In this document: in pieces, positions 49,358 to 58,110 of the stretch
How positions within the stretch are numbered: position 1 is the first letter of the stretch
Layout of the letters: each line of letters begins with the position of its first letter
Origin: an uncultured bacterium
GTDB taxonomy: Bacteria; Bacillota; Clostridia; Christensenellales; HGM11417
Direction: 5' to 3'
Assembly (NCBI GenBank): GCA_905215695.1
Contig: CAJMQN010000002.1
Location: forward strand, 134,610 to 198,609
DNA length: 64,000 nt
The notes under the pieces: model-generated
Told to the model about the DNA's origin: nothing
Seen by the model: the letters and a program-made list of their open reading frames with translations, nothing else
Database searches by the model: none
Program-made: the position numbers and the translations under genes

Positions 49358-50632
49358 CTAAATTTCTAACGGTTTTGTTCCGCCGAAAATTTCTTGCAGA
49401 ACTACCGCTTTCTGTTTGGGCGCAAACGCTCCGCCTTCCTCTTCCGGCTCCGTAAAGAGTCCGAAACTCCGTTCCGCGCCGCTCCCCCATTGGGAAGCGT
49501 ACGCACAGTCATACAGTCGGAAATAGCAGACAGTCTCCACCTGCGGCATCGCGGCGCAGCGCTCGTACAGTTCCGCGATCCAAATCTCCTGCTTTGTCAT
49601 CTCCTCGGGGTCGCCGTAATCCGGCCAGCCCATTTCGGTCAACAGCACTTTGCGCGCCACCGTATCGTACTTGTCGATGACCTCGAATACGCGCTCGTTG
49701 CCCTCGACCCAACCGCTCCAGTCCCGGTACTCATAGGGATGGTAGCCGATACATTGAAAGTAGTCCTCAATTTCGGTGCTTTTGGTTTCGCCGTAGGGAA
49801 ATTCTCCGCTTGCGATATTCTTATAAATCTGTTCCAAAAAGAGCGGAATGCTATAGCCGACGTCGGTGAGCGAATCTGCGTATTCGGTCATGGTTCCGAG
49901 CGAAGTCCAGCCGGGCGTGACCGTATAGGCGTTCGGATTTCCCGCGCGGATTCCCTTGGAGGCGTAGTACATGAGGTCGGTGTTGACTGCCGCCTGCTCC
50001 TCGAAGGAAAACCGCCCCGAGACCGGGCTCATATAGGAATAGCAATTCGTCTCGTTGCCCATCTCCCAGTAGGTGATTTCCGGGAAGGACGCGGCGAGCG
50101 TCTTCCAAAGCTCCGATAGGAGCGCACACCAGTCCGCGTAGCACTCCTCCTCCCGCGACGGCACGGTCAGGCTCAGATACCCGCCCGCAAAGCCTTGCGG
50201 CTTGGGATAGATCGCCGCTTCTCCGATGATGTGTTTGACGCCGGCATCCGAGAGAAGAGCAAGGCACTCTTTTAAGTATGCCTCGATTTCAGAATCCAAT
50301 TCGATTTCAAAATCGTTTTCGCCGTACATGGCGTACTTTTTAAAGATTTTTTGGGGAAACATAAAACGCACCGACGTCGTGCCGAGCGCCTCAAGGTGCC
50401 CCGTCATCACTTCTTTATCGAATCCCTTGACCTGAAACTCTTCCGAGTTCTCCTTCTTTTCCCAAAACGGCTCCGCTATCCCATACAGACGGGATTTATC
50501 CACGGTCAAATGGTCGTTTTCCGCATAATAGGGCGGGGATTCTTCGCCCGGATTCGTTCCGGGGTCCTCTCCGCCCGTACAGCCGAGCGCAAGGAGCAGG
50601 AAGGAGAGAAACAGACACGCAAATTTCTTCAT
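49358..50632 (-). CDS. TIM-barrel (clan GH-A-like) glycoside hydrolase lipoprotein, paralog A
   Basis: Lipobox MKKFACLFLSFLLLALGC. Candidate acid/base is ITYWEMGNE and candidate nucleophile is LLTEMGW. Confidence 0.6.
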   Translation of the reverse strand: MKKFACLFLSFLLLALGCTGGEDPGTNPGEESPPYYAENDHLTVDKSRLYGIAEPFWEKKENSEEFQVKGFDKEVMTGHLEALGTTSVRFMFPQKIFKKYAMYGENDFEIELDSEIEAYLKECLALLSDAGVKHIIGEAAIYPKPQGFAGGYLSLTVPSREEECYADWCALLSELWKTLAASFPEITYWEMGNETNCYSYMSPVSGRFSFEEQAAVNTDLMYYASKGIRAGNPNAYTVTPGWTSLGTMTEYADSLTDVGYSIPLFLEQIYKNIASGEFPYGETKSTEIEDYFQCIGYHPYEYRDWSGWVEGNERVFEVIDKYDTVARKVLLTEMGWPDYGDPEEMTKQEIWIAELYERCAAMPQVETVCYFRLYDCAYASQWGSGAERSFGLFTEPEEEGGAFAPKQKAVVLQEIFGGTKPLEI

Positions 50633-51921
50633 CTGTCCTCCGCAAGTTTTTCGTTCAGTTTCTCGAGGTCAGACCACATTTCGAGGTCTCCCGTACCGCC
50701 GAAGATTTCCTGCATCACAACCGCCTTCTGTTTGGGCATGAATCCTTGCGTTTTCGTCGGCTCATAAAAGACTCCGTAGGTCTTTTCGGGCGAATTCGCG
50801 CCGAGACCCGCCCAGTCGTACTCGCAGTTGTAGAGCCGGAACCAAAGACAACTCTCTACGTACCGCATTTCTTCCATGCAATACCGATAGACGAGCTTTG
50901 CCGCCTCGCTTTGAGAGGCGATGAGGTCGGGAGAATTGGAGTCGAACCAACCCATTTCCGTGAAAATGACAGGCTTTCCGTCATCTCCGTTGTCAATCGC
51001 GAGCTGATAGATGTCGCCATTGTACCCAATCCAATCTTCGTCCATGGGCATACCGTCATAGGGGTGCCAGGAGAAACCGCCGAAATAGTCGTCAGAATCC
51101 GTGCTCTTCTCCCCGATCCGCGGAAACTCCCCGCTGTTGATATTGTCATAGACGTAGCCGAGAAAATACTCGATTTCCCGGGACGCCATGTTTCCGAGAG
51201 AAGTCCAGCCCGGTGTGAGCGTGACCGCTTCGGAATTTGCGGCAAGAATTCCGCGATTTGCGAAGTACATATAGTCGGTATTCGCCGCGGCGGACTCATC
51301 GATGGCAAATCCGCCCTGTTTGGTGTCCGGGTTGTAGGTCGCCGGGTGGAAGAAGGTGTCCGCGTTGTACTCGTTGCCCATCTCCCAATAGGTGATTTCG
51401 TCAAACTCTCCGACGAGCACAGTCCAGGCTTGCGAGACCGCCTCCGCCCAGGTTTCATAGCAGGAATCCACTCCATAGACGGGCACGCCCAGCGAACCCG
51501 CGGGCACGCTCTGCCCCGCGTCCGTCACGAAGGGCGGCAGAACGATTCCCTCTCCCACGATGAAACCGATTCCCGCGTCGTGGAGTTTCTGGATAGATTC
51601 GTGAAAATAAGGGACCATTTCCTCGTCCAGTTCGATCTCTATGGTGCCGTCGTCATAGTCCACAATGAATTTTGAGAAGATGCTCGCCGGAAACATCATG
51701 CGGAAGGAGTTGCACCCCATCGCGCCCATGAGATAGACGGTGACGTCGCGGTTGAATCCGATGACCTGATCTTCGTTTGAGTTCGCGCGCTTTTCCCAAA
51801 GCGGCTCGAAAAAGCCGTACATGTGCGTTTTGTCCGCAGTCGGCGGGGTCTCTTCTCCGCCGCAGGCAGTGCATCCGAGAATGCACAGGACGGAGAGAAA
51901 GAGACAGAACAGTTTTTTCAT
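50629..51921 (-). CDS. TIM-barrel (clan GH-A-like) glycoside hydrolase lipoprotein, paralog B
   Basis: Lipobox MKKLFCLFLSVLCILGC. ITYWEMGNE and VIFTEMGW. Collinear similarity to paralog A along its full length. ATGA overlap with paralog A. Confidence 0.6.
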   Translation of the reverse strand: MKKLFCLFLSVLCILGCTACGGEETPPTADKTHMYGFFEPLWEKRANSNEDQVIGFNRDVTVYLMGAMGCNSFRMMFPASIFSKFIVDYDDGTIEIELDEEMVPYFHESIQKLHDAGIGFIVGEGIVLPPFVTDAGQSVPAGSLGVPVYGVDSCYETWAEAVSQAWTVLVGEFDEITYWEMGNEYNADTFFHPATYNPDTKQGGFAIDESAAANTDYMYFANRGILAANSEAVTLTPGWTSLGNMASREIEYFLGYVYDNINSGEFPRIGEKSTDSDDYFGGFSWHPYDGMPMDEDWIGYNGDIYQLAIDNGDDGKPVIFTEMGWFDSNSPDLIASQSEAAKLVYRYCMEEMRYVESCLWFRLYNCEYDWAGLGANSPEKTYGVFYEPTKTQGFMPKQKAVVMQEIFGGTGDLEMWSDLEKLNEKLAEDR

Positions 51922-51930
51922 GATTCCTCC

Positions 51931-52809
51931 TTAACCTTTGAGCCCGCCTGCGACGGTATTCGCGATAATCGTCTTTTGGAAGACCGCGAAGATGACGATG
52001 ACGGGGACCGAAGAGAGCACCATCGCCGAAAAGACGACAGGCCAGTTGGAGCCTCGGGAGCTCATCTCCTGCTGTAACTGATAGATTCCGACCGCAAGCG
52101 TCGGGAATTCGCGCAGATACATGTAGGGCGTAAAGTAATCGTTCCAGAACCCGATAAAGCTGATGATTCCCACCGCGAACAGCGAAGGCTTCGCCTGCGG
52201 GAGCATAATCCGTACGAAAATCTGAAAGTTTCCCGCGCCGTCAATTTGCGCCGCCTCCGCATAGGTCCAGGATAGACTTTTAAAGAACCCGTACAGCAGA
52301 AAGAAGTTAAATCCGAACCCGCCCGAATACATGAGAACAATGCCGAGATGGTTGTTCGCAAGTCCGCTCTCGAACATAAATTTGTACTGCGCCGCAAGGG
52401 AGCCGGATGTCGGAATCAGCATAATCGTGATAGCGAGTCCGTAGATAAAATTCCTGCCCTTAAAATCGAATTTGGAAACCACGTAGGCGGACATCGCGCA
52501 GGCGATTGTCGAACCCGCCGTGCCCCCGACGGCAAGGATGAATGAGTTTAAAAACATCGAGAAGAGGTTGTACTCGCTGAACGCTTTTGCGTAATTGTCC
52601 AGCGTCCATTTCCCGAAGTTAAACCAGTCCATTGGGTATTTTGCAAAGTCGAGCCTCGTGCGGAAGGAATTGATTGCCGCCCACAGCAGAGGGAAGACGA
52701 GAGAGATGCCGTAGAGGATAAAGACAATCAGGACAATGATCATCGTGACCTTGGGCAGAGAACATTTGTCCTCGCTCGCCTTCCGCGCTCTTTGTGCGTG
52801 AAATGCCAT
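51931..52809 (-). CDS. Carbohydrate ABC transporter permease (MalG/LplC-like)
   Basis: Six TM segments and EAA loop EAAQIDGAGNFQIFVRIMLPQAKP. The start ATG shares one nt with the upstream stop (TAATG). Confidence 0.88.
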   Translation of the reverse strand: MAFHAQRARKASEDKCSLPKVTMIIVLIVFILYGISLVFPLLWAAINSFRTRLDFAKYPMDWFNFGKWTLDNYAKAFSEYNLFSMFLNSFILAVGGTAGSTIACAMSAYVVSKFDFKGRNFIYGLAITIMLIPTSGSLAAQYKFMFESGLANNHLGIVLMYSGGFGFNFFLLYGFFKSLSWTYAEAAQIDGAGNFQIFVRIMLPQAKPSLFAVGIISFIGFWNDYFTPYMYLREFPTLAVGIYQLQQEMSSRGSNWPVVFSAMVLSSVPVIVIFAVFQKTIIANTVAGGLKG

Positions 52810-55800
52810 TATTTGATCCTTTTTCTCGTATAGAAGAGTCCGAATGCGGCAAGTGCAATCACCGCAAGTCCGCCGCCCAGCATTCCGCCGATGCCGCCCG
52901 TCGAGCCGCAGCCTCCGCAGCCGCCCTTTTCGGGTTCTTCGGGTTTGTTGGGATCATCGGGCTCCTCGGGCTCTTCGGGGTCCGGCGGAACAACGTCGTC
53001 GGGAATTTCCGAATAGTCCGAGAGGTTGACGAACACAAAGCGGTCCAGCGCAATTCCGCCAGAAACCGTCGCGACACCCACCCGTCCGGGTACGGCGCAA
53101 TCCACGTCGAATTCCGCAACAGGTTCATTGAGTACGTCATAGGGAAGGTCTCCGTACATGAGCGCGATTTGGAGCTTTCCGCCCATCACCGTCGTCTGTA
53201 CGACAAAGGAGCCCTCTCCGATCGCCGCAAAGACATCAACGCCGAGTTCAATGGTACGTTCCTCTGCACCGTCTTTGACTGTCGCCTTCGTGGAACCCTT
53301 CGTAAATGTCACCGTGCAGGCATCCGCAAGCGTATCCTCGGAATCCAGCCGTCCGAAGTACAGCGAAATATCCGTACACGTTTCGGAAATTGAGGTAATC
53401 CGCACCATCTGCGCGTAGTTGCGCGCCCAGCCTGCGGTTCCGAACATTCCGTTCGCACCGAGCGTAAGTTTTCCGTCCGCAACGGTGCCCGCAACGCTCT
53501 CGAATTTGTCCGAGCCGTCGAATGCCGCCGAAGCGTCAGCCATCTGCGGAAGATCGATGACGCGGAAGGTCTTTTGCGCGGTCGCGGTCAAGTCGTGTGT
53601 GTTCTTGACCGAAAATTTCACCGTATAGAAACCCGTCGCAGTCGGTGTAAAGGTCAGTCCCTCGGAGTGAAGAGGCGTACCCGTCGCCTCCTTTCCCGCG
53701 AAGACCTCCATTGTAATCGTGAGCGAGTCCGCGTCGTCGAGCGGGTCATCCGCTTCGGGCGCAAACGTAATCGGATTCAGACCGTTGTACCAGTCTTTCG
53801 TGTCCCCGACGGTGAGCGTGGGCGCGCCGTAAATAACTTCGAAGTCGAAGGGCACGTTTGCGGTCTGTCCCGCGGGATTGGAAACGGTAAAGAGGAAATG
53901 ATAGTTTCCGATTTCCGTCGGTTTAAATTCCGCAATATTCGGTACCGCATAGGGCTCCCCGTCCTTGGTCACGGTATAGTTGAAAGTTTTCACGATTTCC
54001 GCAACGCTGAAACTCGGGTCGGAGAGTGTAGGCATGAGATTGAAGGTCTCCCCGAGACTCCCCTGTGTCATTTCAGGCACCGTCACCGTGGGCGCCGCAG
54101 CGGGATTGGATTTCAACGAGAGGTAGTTAAGTCTCGCGGAAATTGTCTCCCCCTCTCCGAAGAACCCAACAAAGCCGTCGGTATTCTCGAGCGTAAAGAT
54201 TTCGGTTTTTCCTCCGACCGATACCTCGAGCGCACCCGTGGCGCCGATGAGCCGGAAGGTTACGAGCGTGGGATTGGTCAAATCAAGCCCCGCGATTGCA
54301 CGCTCGTCGGGTTCTTCCTCGCCCTTGCGCAGTCCGAGAACCGCGCCGTTCGTGTCCCGTTTCAAATAGAGATAGCTGCTGTTCTCGCCGAAAGCATAGT
54401 TCGTACCAAGCCCGAACGCCGCGCCGAACGAGCCGGAGTTCAGCTTGAAATTGAACGCGCCGCTCACGACGTCCGTGTCGAGGTTTTCGAGCTTTGTTTT
54501 GACGCCGAGCGTCCCTTCGCCGGAGAACGAAACCTCCGAAACCGCCGGAAGGGTCAGGGTCGTCGAGGAAGAAGCGGTCCAGAGCGCAAGCCCGTTGCCG
54601 TTGATATTGTTGTAGGAGAAATCATCCGAGAGCAGGACTCCCTCCGCCGAAGTGGAGACCTGTGCCGAATGTAGCGTTGTTCCTCCGCCCCAAGTATTAT
54701 GAGGAACTGAAATAAAGAATCGTCCGCCGTCACGCACCATATCCGCAAACAATCCCGTTTCGGTAAAGAGGACGTAATCTTTTTCGGTACTGAGTCCGCT
54801 CTCTCCGCCCATCGTTATTTGCTCAAGGATTCGCAGGGAAAGCGTTGCGGAACCGTCCGCGGAAACGTCCAGAATAAACTTCACTTTTCCGTCGAAGATA
54901 CGCAAATTTCCGGACGCGTAAAATTTAGACTCGTCTTCCTTCAGAATTTCGTCCCATCTGCCGTCAACCTTCACATTGCTTCCCGCGTTGCCGTCCTTTG
55001 TCACGCTGTAGCCGTTGAAGTTCAGGGAAATATAGTCCGTAGGCGCGGTCTCGTTCGCTCCGACAAATCCCACTGCGGTCGTCGGTCCTCTCGAAGTCAC
55101 GACATACTCGACATGCGTCGCGCCTTTGAAGGACTGTGTGCTGACAAGCATATTGTTTCCATTCACCGACGTACCGCCGCTCGCGACCCCCTTGTCGTTG
55201 GGCAAGGATTCAACAAAGGAAACCGCGCCTGCGCTCGGCTTTGAAGCAGTTCCCTCGGCGACAGCAGTGTCAAAGGCGTCGTTTGTAACCCAGTTGGTAT
55301 CAAAAGTGGAAGGGGTTGCAAAGTTTTCAGTATAGTTTTCAAAGACCGAAATCGGGGGTTGCGATGAAATGCTCGCACGGAGCAATTTAAAATTGCTTGA
55401 CGCAAAGAAGGGATAACCGACTTCTTTCAATGCACTTGGATTATCCACATTGGCAAAGGACAAAAACGGATAGCTTGTATCAATGTTTTTATACATTTCG
55501 AGCCAACTGTCGCGTTCGAACTTACTGTCCATTACCGTATTAGAGGCAGGAATTTTTACGGAAAGCGTCACGTTACCGTAGGCGGAAATCTCAAGTTTCA
55601 GCGAAACTTCCCCCTTCAAAGGCGCAATGTCCGTTGTTGCGTCATGATTCCAAGCTCCTTTTACCATGGAGGTCGGCTTTTGTGCACTGCCGTCATTATA
55701 ATAGAAGATATAGTTAGATGCTGCATCCGCAATTTCCGACTTGACATTTTTGCGGCTCAATCCTATTTTGAATTGATAGGTTTCCTGTACAAATTCCACG

Positions 55801-56063
55801 TCAAAAGTGAGAGTGGACTGCAAACCTGTTTCTCCACCGACAGGTTTATTTAAGAGGAACAGTGCGTCTGTGACAGAGGATGCGTCAGCATAAGCCTGTA
55901 CCGGCGTCGTGCTCTCCACCTCGGAGGCGTGGAACCCGCCTCCCGCAACATAGGTTTTGGCGGAGCTGCCCGTCCCGGTCTCCGCAAACGCCGCCCCGGC
56001 AAAACCGCAGAGGCTGATTACCATGACACAAAGAATGGCGAAAATCGCTCTTTTTCTTTTCAT
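52809..56063 (-). CDS. Large secreted, C-terminally anchored multi-module protein (lectin/LamG-like beta-sandwich and Ig-like modules), 1084 aa
   Basis: Signal peptide MKRKRAIFAILCVMVISLCGFAGAAFA. Recurrent beta-sandwich signatures (GFVGFFGEGETISARLNYLSLKS; GRVGVATVSGGIALDRFVFVNLSD). Two Ig-like repeats (EFKPTEIGNYHFLFTVSN / TFTPTATGFYTVKFSVKN). No catalytic motif recognised. Confidence 0.6.
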   Translation of the reverse strand: MKRKRAIFAILCVMVISLCGFAGAAFAETGTGSSAKTYVAGGGFHASEVESTTPVQAYADASSVTDALFLLNKPVGGETGLQSTLTFDVEFVQETYQFKIGLSRKNVKSEIADAASNYIFYYNDGSAQKPTSMVKGAWNHDATTDIAPLKGEVSLKLEISAYGNVTLSVKIPASNTVMDSKFERDSWLEMYKNIDTSYPFLSFANVDNPSALKEVGYPFFASSNFKLLRASISSQPPISVFENYTENFATPSTFDTNWVTNDAFDTAVAEGTASKPSAGAVSFVESLPNDKGVASGGTSVNGNNMLVSTQSFKGATHVEYVVTSRGPTTAVGFVGANETAPTDYISLNFNGYSVTKDGNAGSNVKVDGRWDEILKEDESKFYASGNLRIFDGKVKFILDVSADGSATLSLRILEQITMGGESGLSTEKDYVLFTETGLFADMVRDGGRFFISVPHNTWGGGTTLHSAQVSTSAEGVLLSDDFSYNNINGNGLALWTASSSTTLTLPAVSEVSFSGEGTLGVKTKLENLDTDVVSGAFNFKLNSGSFGAAFGLGTNYAFGENSSYLYLKRDTNGAVLGLRKGEEEPDERAIAGLDLTNPTLVTFRLIGATGALEVSVGGKTEIFTLENTDGFVGFFGEGETISARLNYLSLKSNPAAAPTVTVPEMTQGSLGETFNLMPTLSDPSFSVAEIVKTFNYTVTKDGEPYAVPNIAEFKPTEIGNYHFLFTVSNPAGQTANVPFDFEVIYGAPTLTVGDTKDWYNGLNPITFAPEADDPLDDADSLTITMEVFAGKEATGTPLHSEGLTFTPTATGFYTVKFSVKNTHDLTATAQKTFRVIDLPQMADASAAFDGSDKFESVAGTVADGKLTLGANGMFGTAGWARNYAQMVRITSISETCTDISLYFGRLDSEDTLADACTVTFTKGSTKATVKDGAEERTIELGVDVFAAIGEGSFVVQTTVMGGKLQIALMYGDLPYDVLNEPVAEFDVDCAVPGRVGVATVSGGIALDRFVFVNLSDYSEIPDDVVPPDPEEPEEPDDPNKPEEPEKGGCGGCGSTGGIGGMLGGGLAVIALAAFGLFYTRKRIK
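52812..52988 (-). other. C-terminal tripartite tail of the 1084-aa protein: KPEEPEK-G-GCGGCG, Gly-rich spacer, TM helix, RKRIK
   Basis: PPDPEEPEEPDDPNKPEEPEKGGCGGCGSTGGIGGMLGGGLAVIALAAFGLFYTRKRIK. Confidence 0.6.
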
Positions 56064-56075
56064 CTTTTCTCTCCC

Positions 56076-58085
56076 TTAAGCGTAATTTTCGAAAGACAGC
56101 GGCGTGATACTTAAGTTGTCGATGTCAAAAGTGCTGTTGTATCCGCAGCTGATTCCCACGTAGCCGTAGGTGTTCACATTTGTGAAAACGGCTTTGGGTT
56201 GGTCGAGATAGCTTGCGTCTTGATTCGAATATTTATAGTAAATCGAAATCGTGCGGTTCTTGACGATGACGACGACGTTGACTTTCAAACCGTCGGTTCC
56301 GGTCACAACCTTGCCGTCGCTTCCGTCATGCCACCAGCACTCCGAGGGCCACTCCGCCTCTCCTCCGCTTGCGGTCGTCGCGCCGTATCCCCATATAATC
56401 ATGCTCGGTGTAATCTTCCCTTCCGTATTCTTGTTCCAATATTTGGTGCAGAACTGTACCGAAGGATGTGTTCCGCCGATACTGCTCTCGTCATAATTCT
56501 GTTTTCCGACCGAAATACCGATGCTCATGTCCGCGTAATAGCCGGGTGTGGCATACAGCCCGTCCTCGTCCCGGTAAAAACTTCCCACAATGCGCGTCAC
56601 GTCAAAGCGCAGAATAAAGTCCTGATATTTTTCCTTTGTATTGAAGGAAGTATTGACATCGCCGGAAGAGAATTTTAAAACCCCGTTCCGAACGCTACAG
56701 TTGCCTTCGGCGACCCACTTTTTGGAATCCACGTAGCCCGCCGTCGTCGAACCGTTTTTCATCGCGTCGAAATTGTTTCCGATTGCGCCCGCCGTCGGTC
56801 TTTGGAAGGTATAGAGCGTCAGTTCCGCCGAATACAGGAACGCGCTCACCGAACCGGTCGCAGTCTCCTCCAATTTTTCGGCGGCGAATCCGAGATAGCC
56901 GGACAGAGCCGCATTTCGCGCCGTTCCCGCGAGAACGCCGTCCACATAGACCTGCAAATCGCTGTTATACCTGCCGATGAGCCGCACGACCGCGCCGTCA
57001 GAAACGGAAAGCCCTTCCTTCACGATCGCCGCGTCCTCTCCCTCGCGCGCAATCACGAGGTCAAATCCCTCTTCCGCAGGGGTAAACGCGAGAAAATCTC
57101 CGCCCGCGCCGCTGCCGTCCATGCCGGTGCGCACTCCGAATCCATAGCCCTCGGGAATATTCGAAAGCCCGACGCCGAAGGAGAAATCAAAGAGATTGAG
57201 ACTACCCTGTCCCTCCTGCACCTCAAACTTCGCCGCCATGACCGCAGAGGAAATCTCCGCAAACTTTGCGGCATATCCCATACCCGAAGAATACTGTTCA
57301 TTCTGCGCGATCCAGGGCAGAATGCGCTCATCGGTCATGCCGATCAGTTCCTCTGTGGGTTTTTCGAACTTTTCGGTCGCAACGACTTTGTCCGCCGCCG
57401 TATCTCGAATGGAAAGATTCATAAACTTGACCGTCGAACCGTCGCCGTTCGCCTGAATGCAGAGATGACCTGCCACGCCAAACACCGAGAGATCGCAGAC
57501 CTTTTCGAGCGTTTCGCCTGCGTAAATCGCGCCCTTATATTCCTCGTTCTCATAGGTCACGGAAATCTTGAAGGGCATCGCGACTCCATTCGAAACAAGT
57601 CCCGGGACGTTTCCCGTCTCGCCGTCGATGATCTGACCGAGGCGGTAGTTGTTGACCCAACCCTTTTGTCCGTTGGCGCTGATGATGATTCCGCTTTGGC
57701 TGCGCTTTGCATAAGTCGAACCGACTTCTTCGCCGCCGAGAATGATGCCGCACCACGCCTCGCCCGAGGTCTTCATCGAAACCTCGAAGCTGATATCATA
57801 GCTCTTTCCCGCCTCGAATGTAAAACCGTTGTGATAAATGGAATGACTATAGCCCTGCACGGGTTTCATTACCAGCGCGCCCGAAGTTTCAACAGCATTC
57901 ACCTTCTGCGCGTCCGCGCCTGCGAGCAGCCACTTTGACGAATCGATGGTGCTTCCGCTGAAGTCGTCGGCGAGCGCAACCGTCGCCACACTGCCGGCAT
58001 TCGCCGCGCCGAGGGGCAGCGCGCAAGCCGCGATGAGCAGGGCAAGCCCGACAGCCGTCGCAATCCTTGCAAATTTTCTCTTCAT
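56076..58085 (-). CDS. Secreted (possibly lipoprotein) protein built of concanavalin-A-like/LamG (DUF1080-type) modules, 669 aa
   Basis: The start is ATG 58085, with GGAGAGGAAGG upstream. Signal peptide MKRKFARIATAVGLALLIAACALPLGAANA (IAAC lipobox-like). Module signatures are DDFSGSTIDSSKWLL...STVKFMNLSIRD and VRNGVLKFSS...YVGISCGYNSTFDIDNLSITPL. Confidence 0.55.
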   Translation of the reverse strand: MKRKFARIATAVGLALLIAACALPLGAANAGSVATVALADDFSGSTIDSSKWLLAGADAQKVNAVETSGALVMKPVQGYSHSIYHNGFTFEAGKSYDISFEVSMKTSGEAWCGIILGGEEVGSTYAKRSQSGIIISANGQKGWVNNYRLGQIIDGETGNVPGLVSNGVAMPFKISVTYENEEYKGAIYAGETLEKVCDLSVFGVAGHLCIQANGDGSTVKFMNLSIRDTAADKVVATEKFEKPTEELIGMTDERILPWIAQNEQYSSGMGYAAKFAEISSAVMAAKFEVQEGQGSLNLFDFSFGVGLSNIPEGYGFGVRTGMDGSGAGGDFLAFTPAEEGFDLVIAREGEDAAIVKEGLSVSDGAVVRLIGRYNSDLQVYVDGVLAGTARNAALSGYLGFAAEKLEETATGSVSAFLYSAELTLYTFQRPTAGAIGNNFDAMKNGSTTAGYVDSKKWVAEGNCSVRNGVLKFSSGDVNTSFNTKEKYQDFILRFDVTRIVGSFYRDEDGLYATPGYYADMSIGISVGKQNYDESSIGGTHPSVQFCTKYWNKNTEGKITPSMIIWGYGATTASGGEAEWPSECWWHDGSDGKVVTGTDGLKVNVVVIVKNRTISIYYKYSNQDASYLDQPKAVFTNVNTYGYVGISCGYNSTFDIDNLSITPLSFENYA

Positions 58086-58110
58086 ACCTTCCTCTCCTTC
58101 CTTTTTTATT

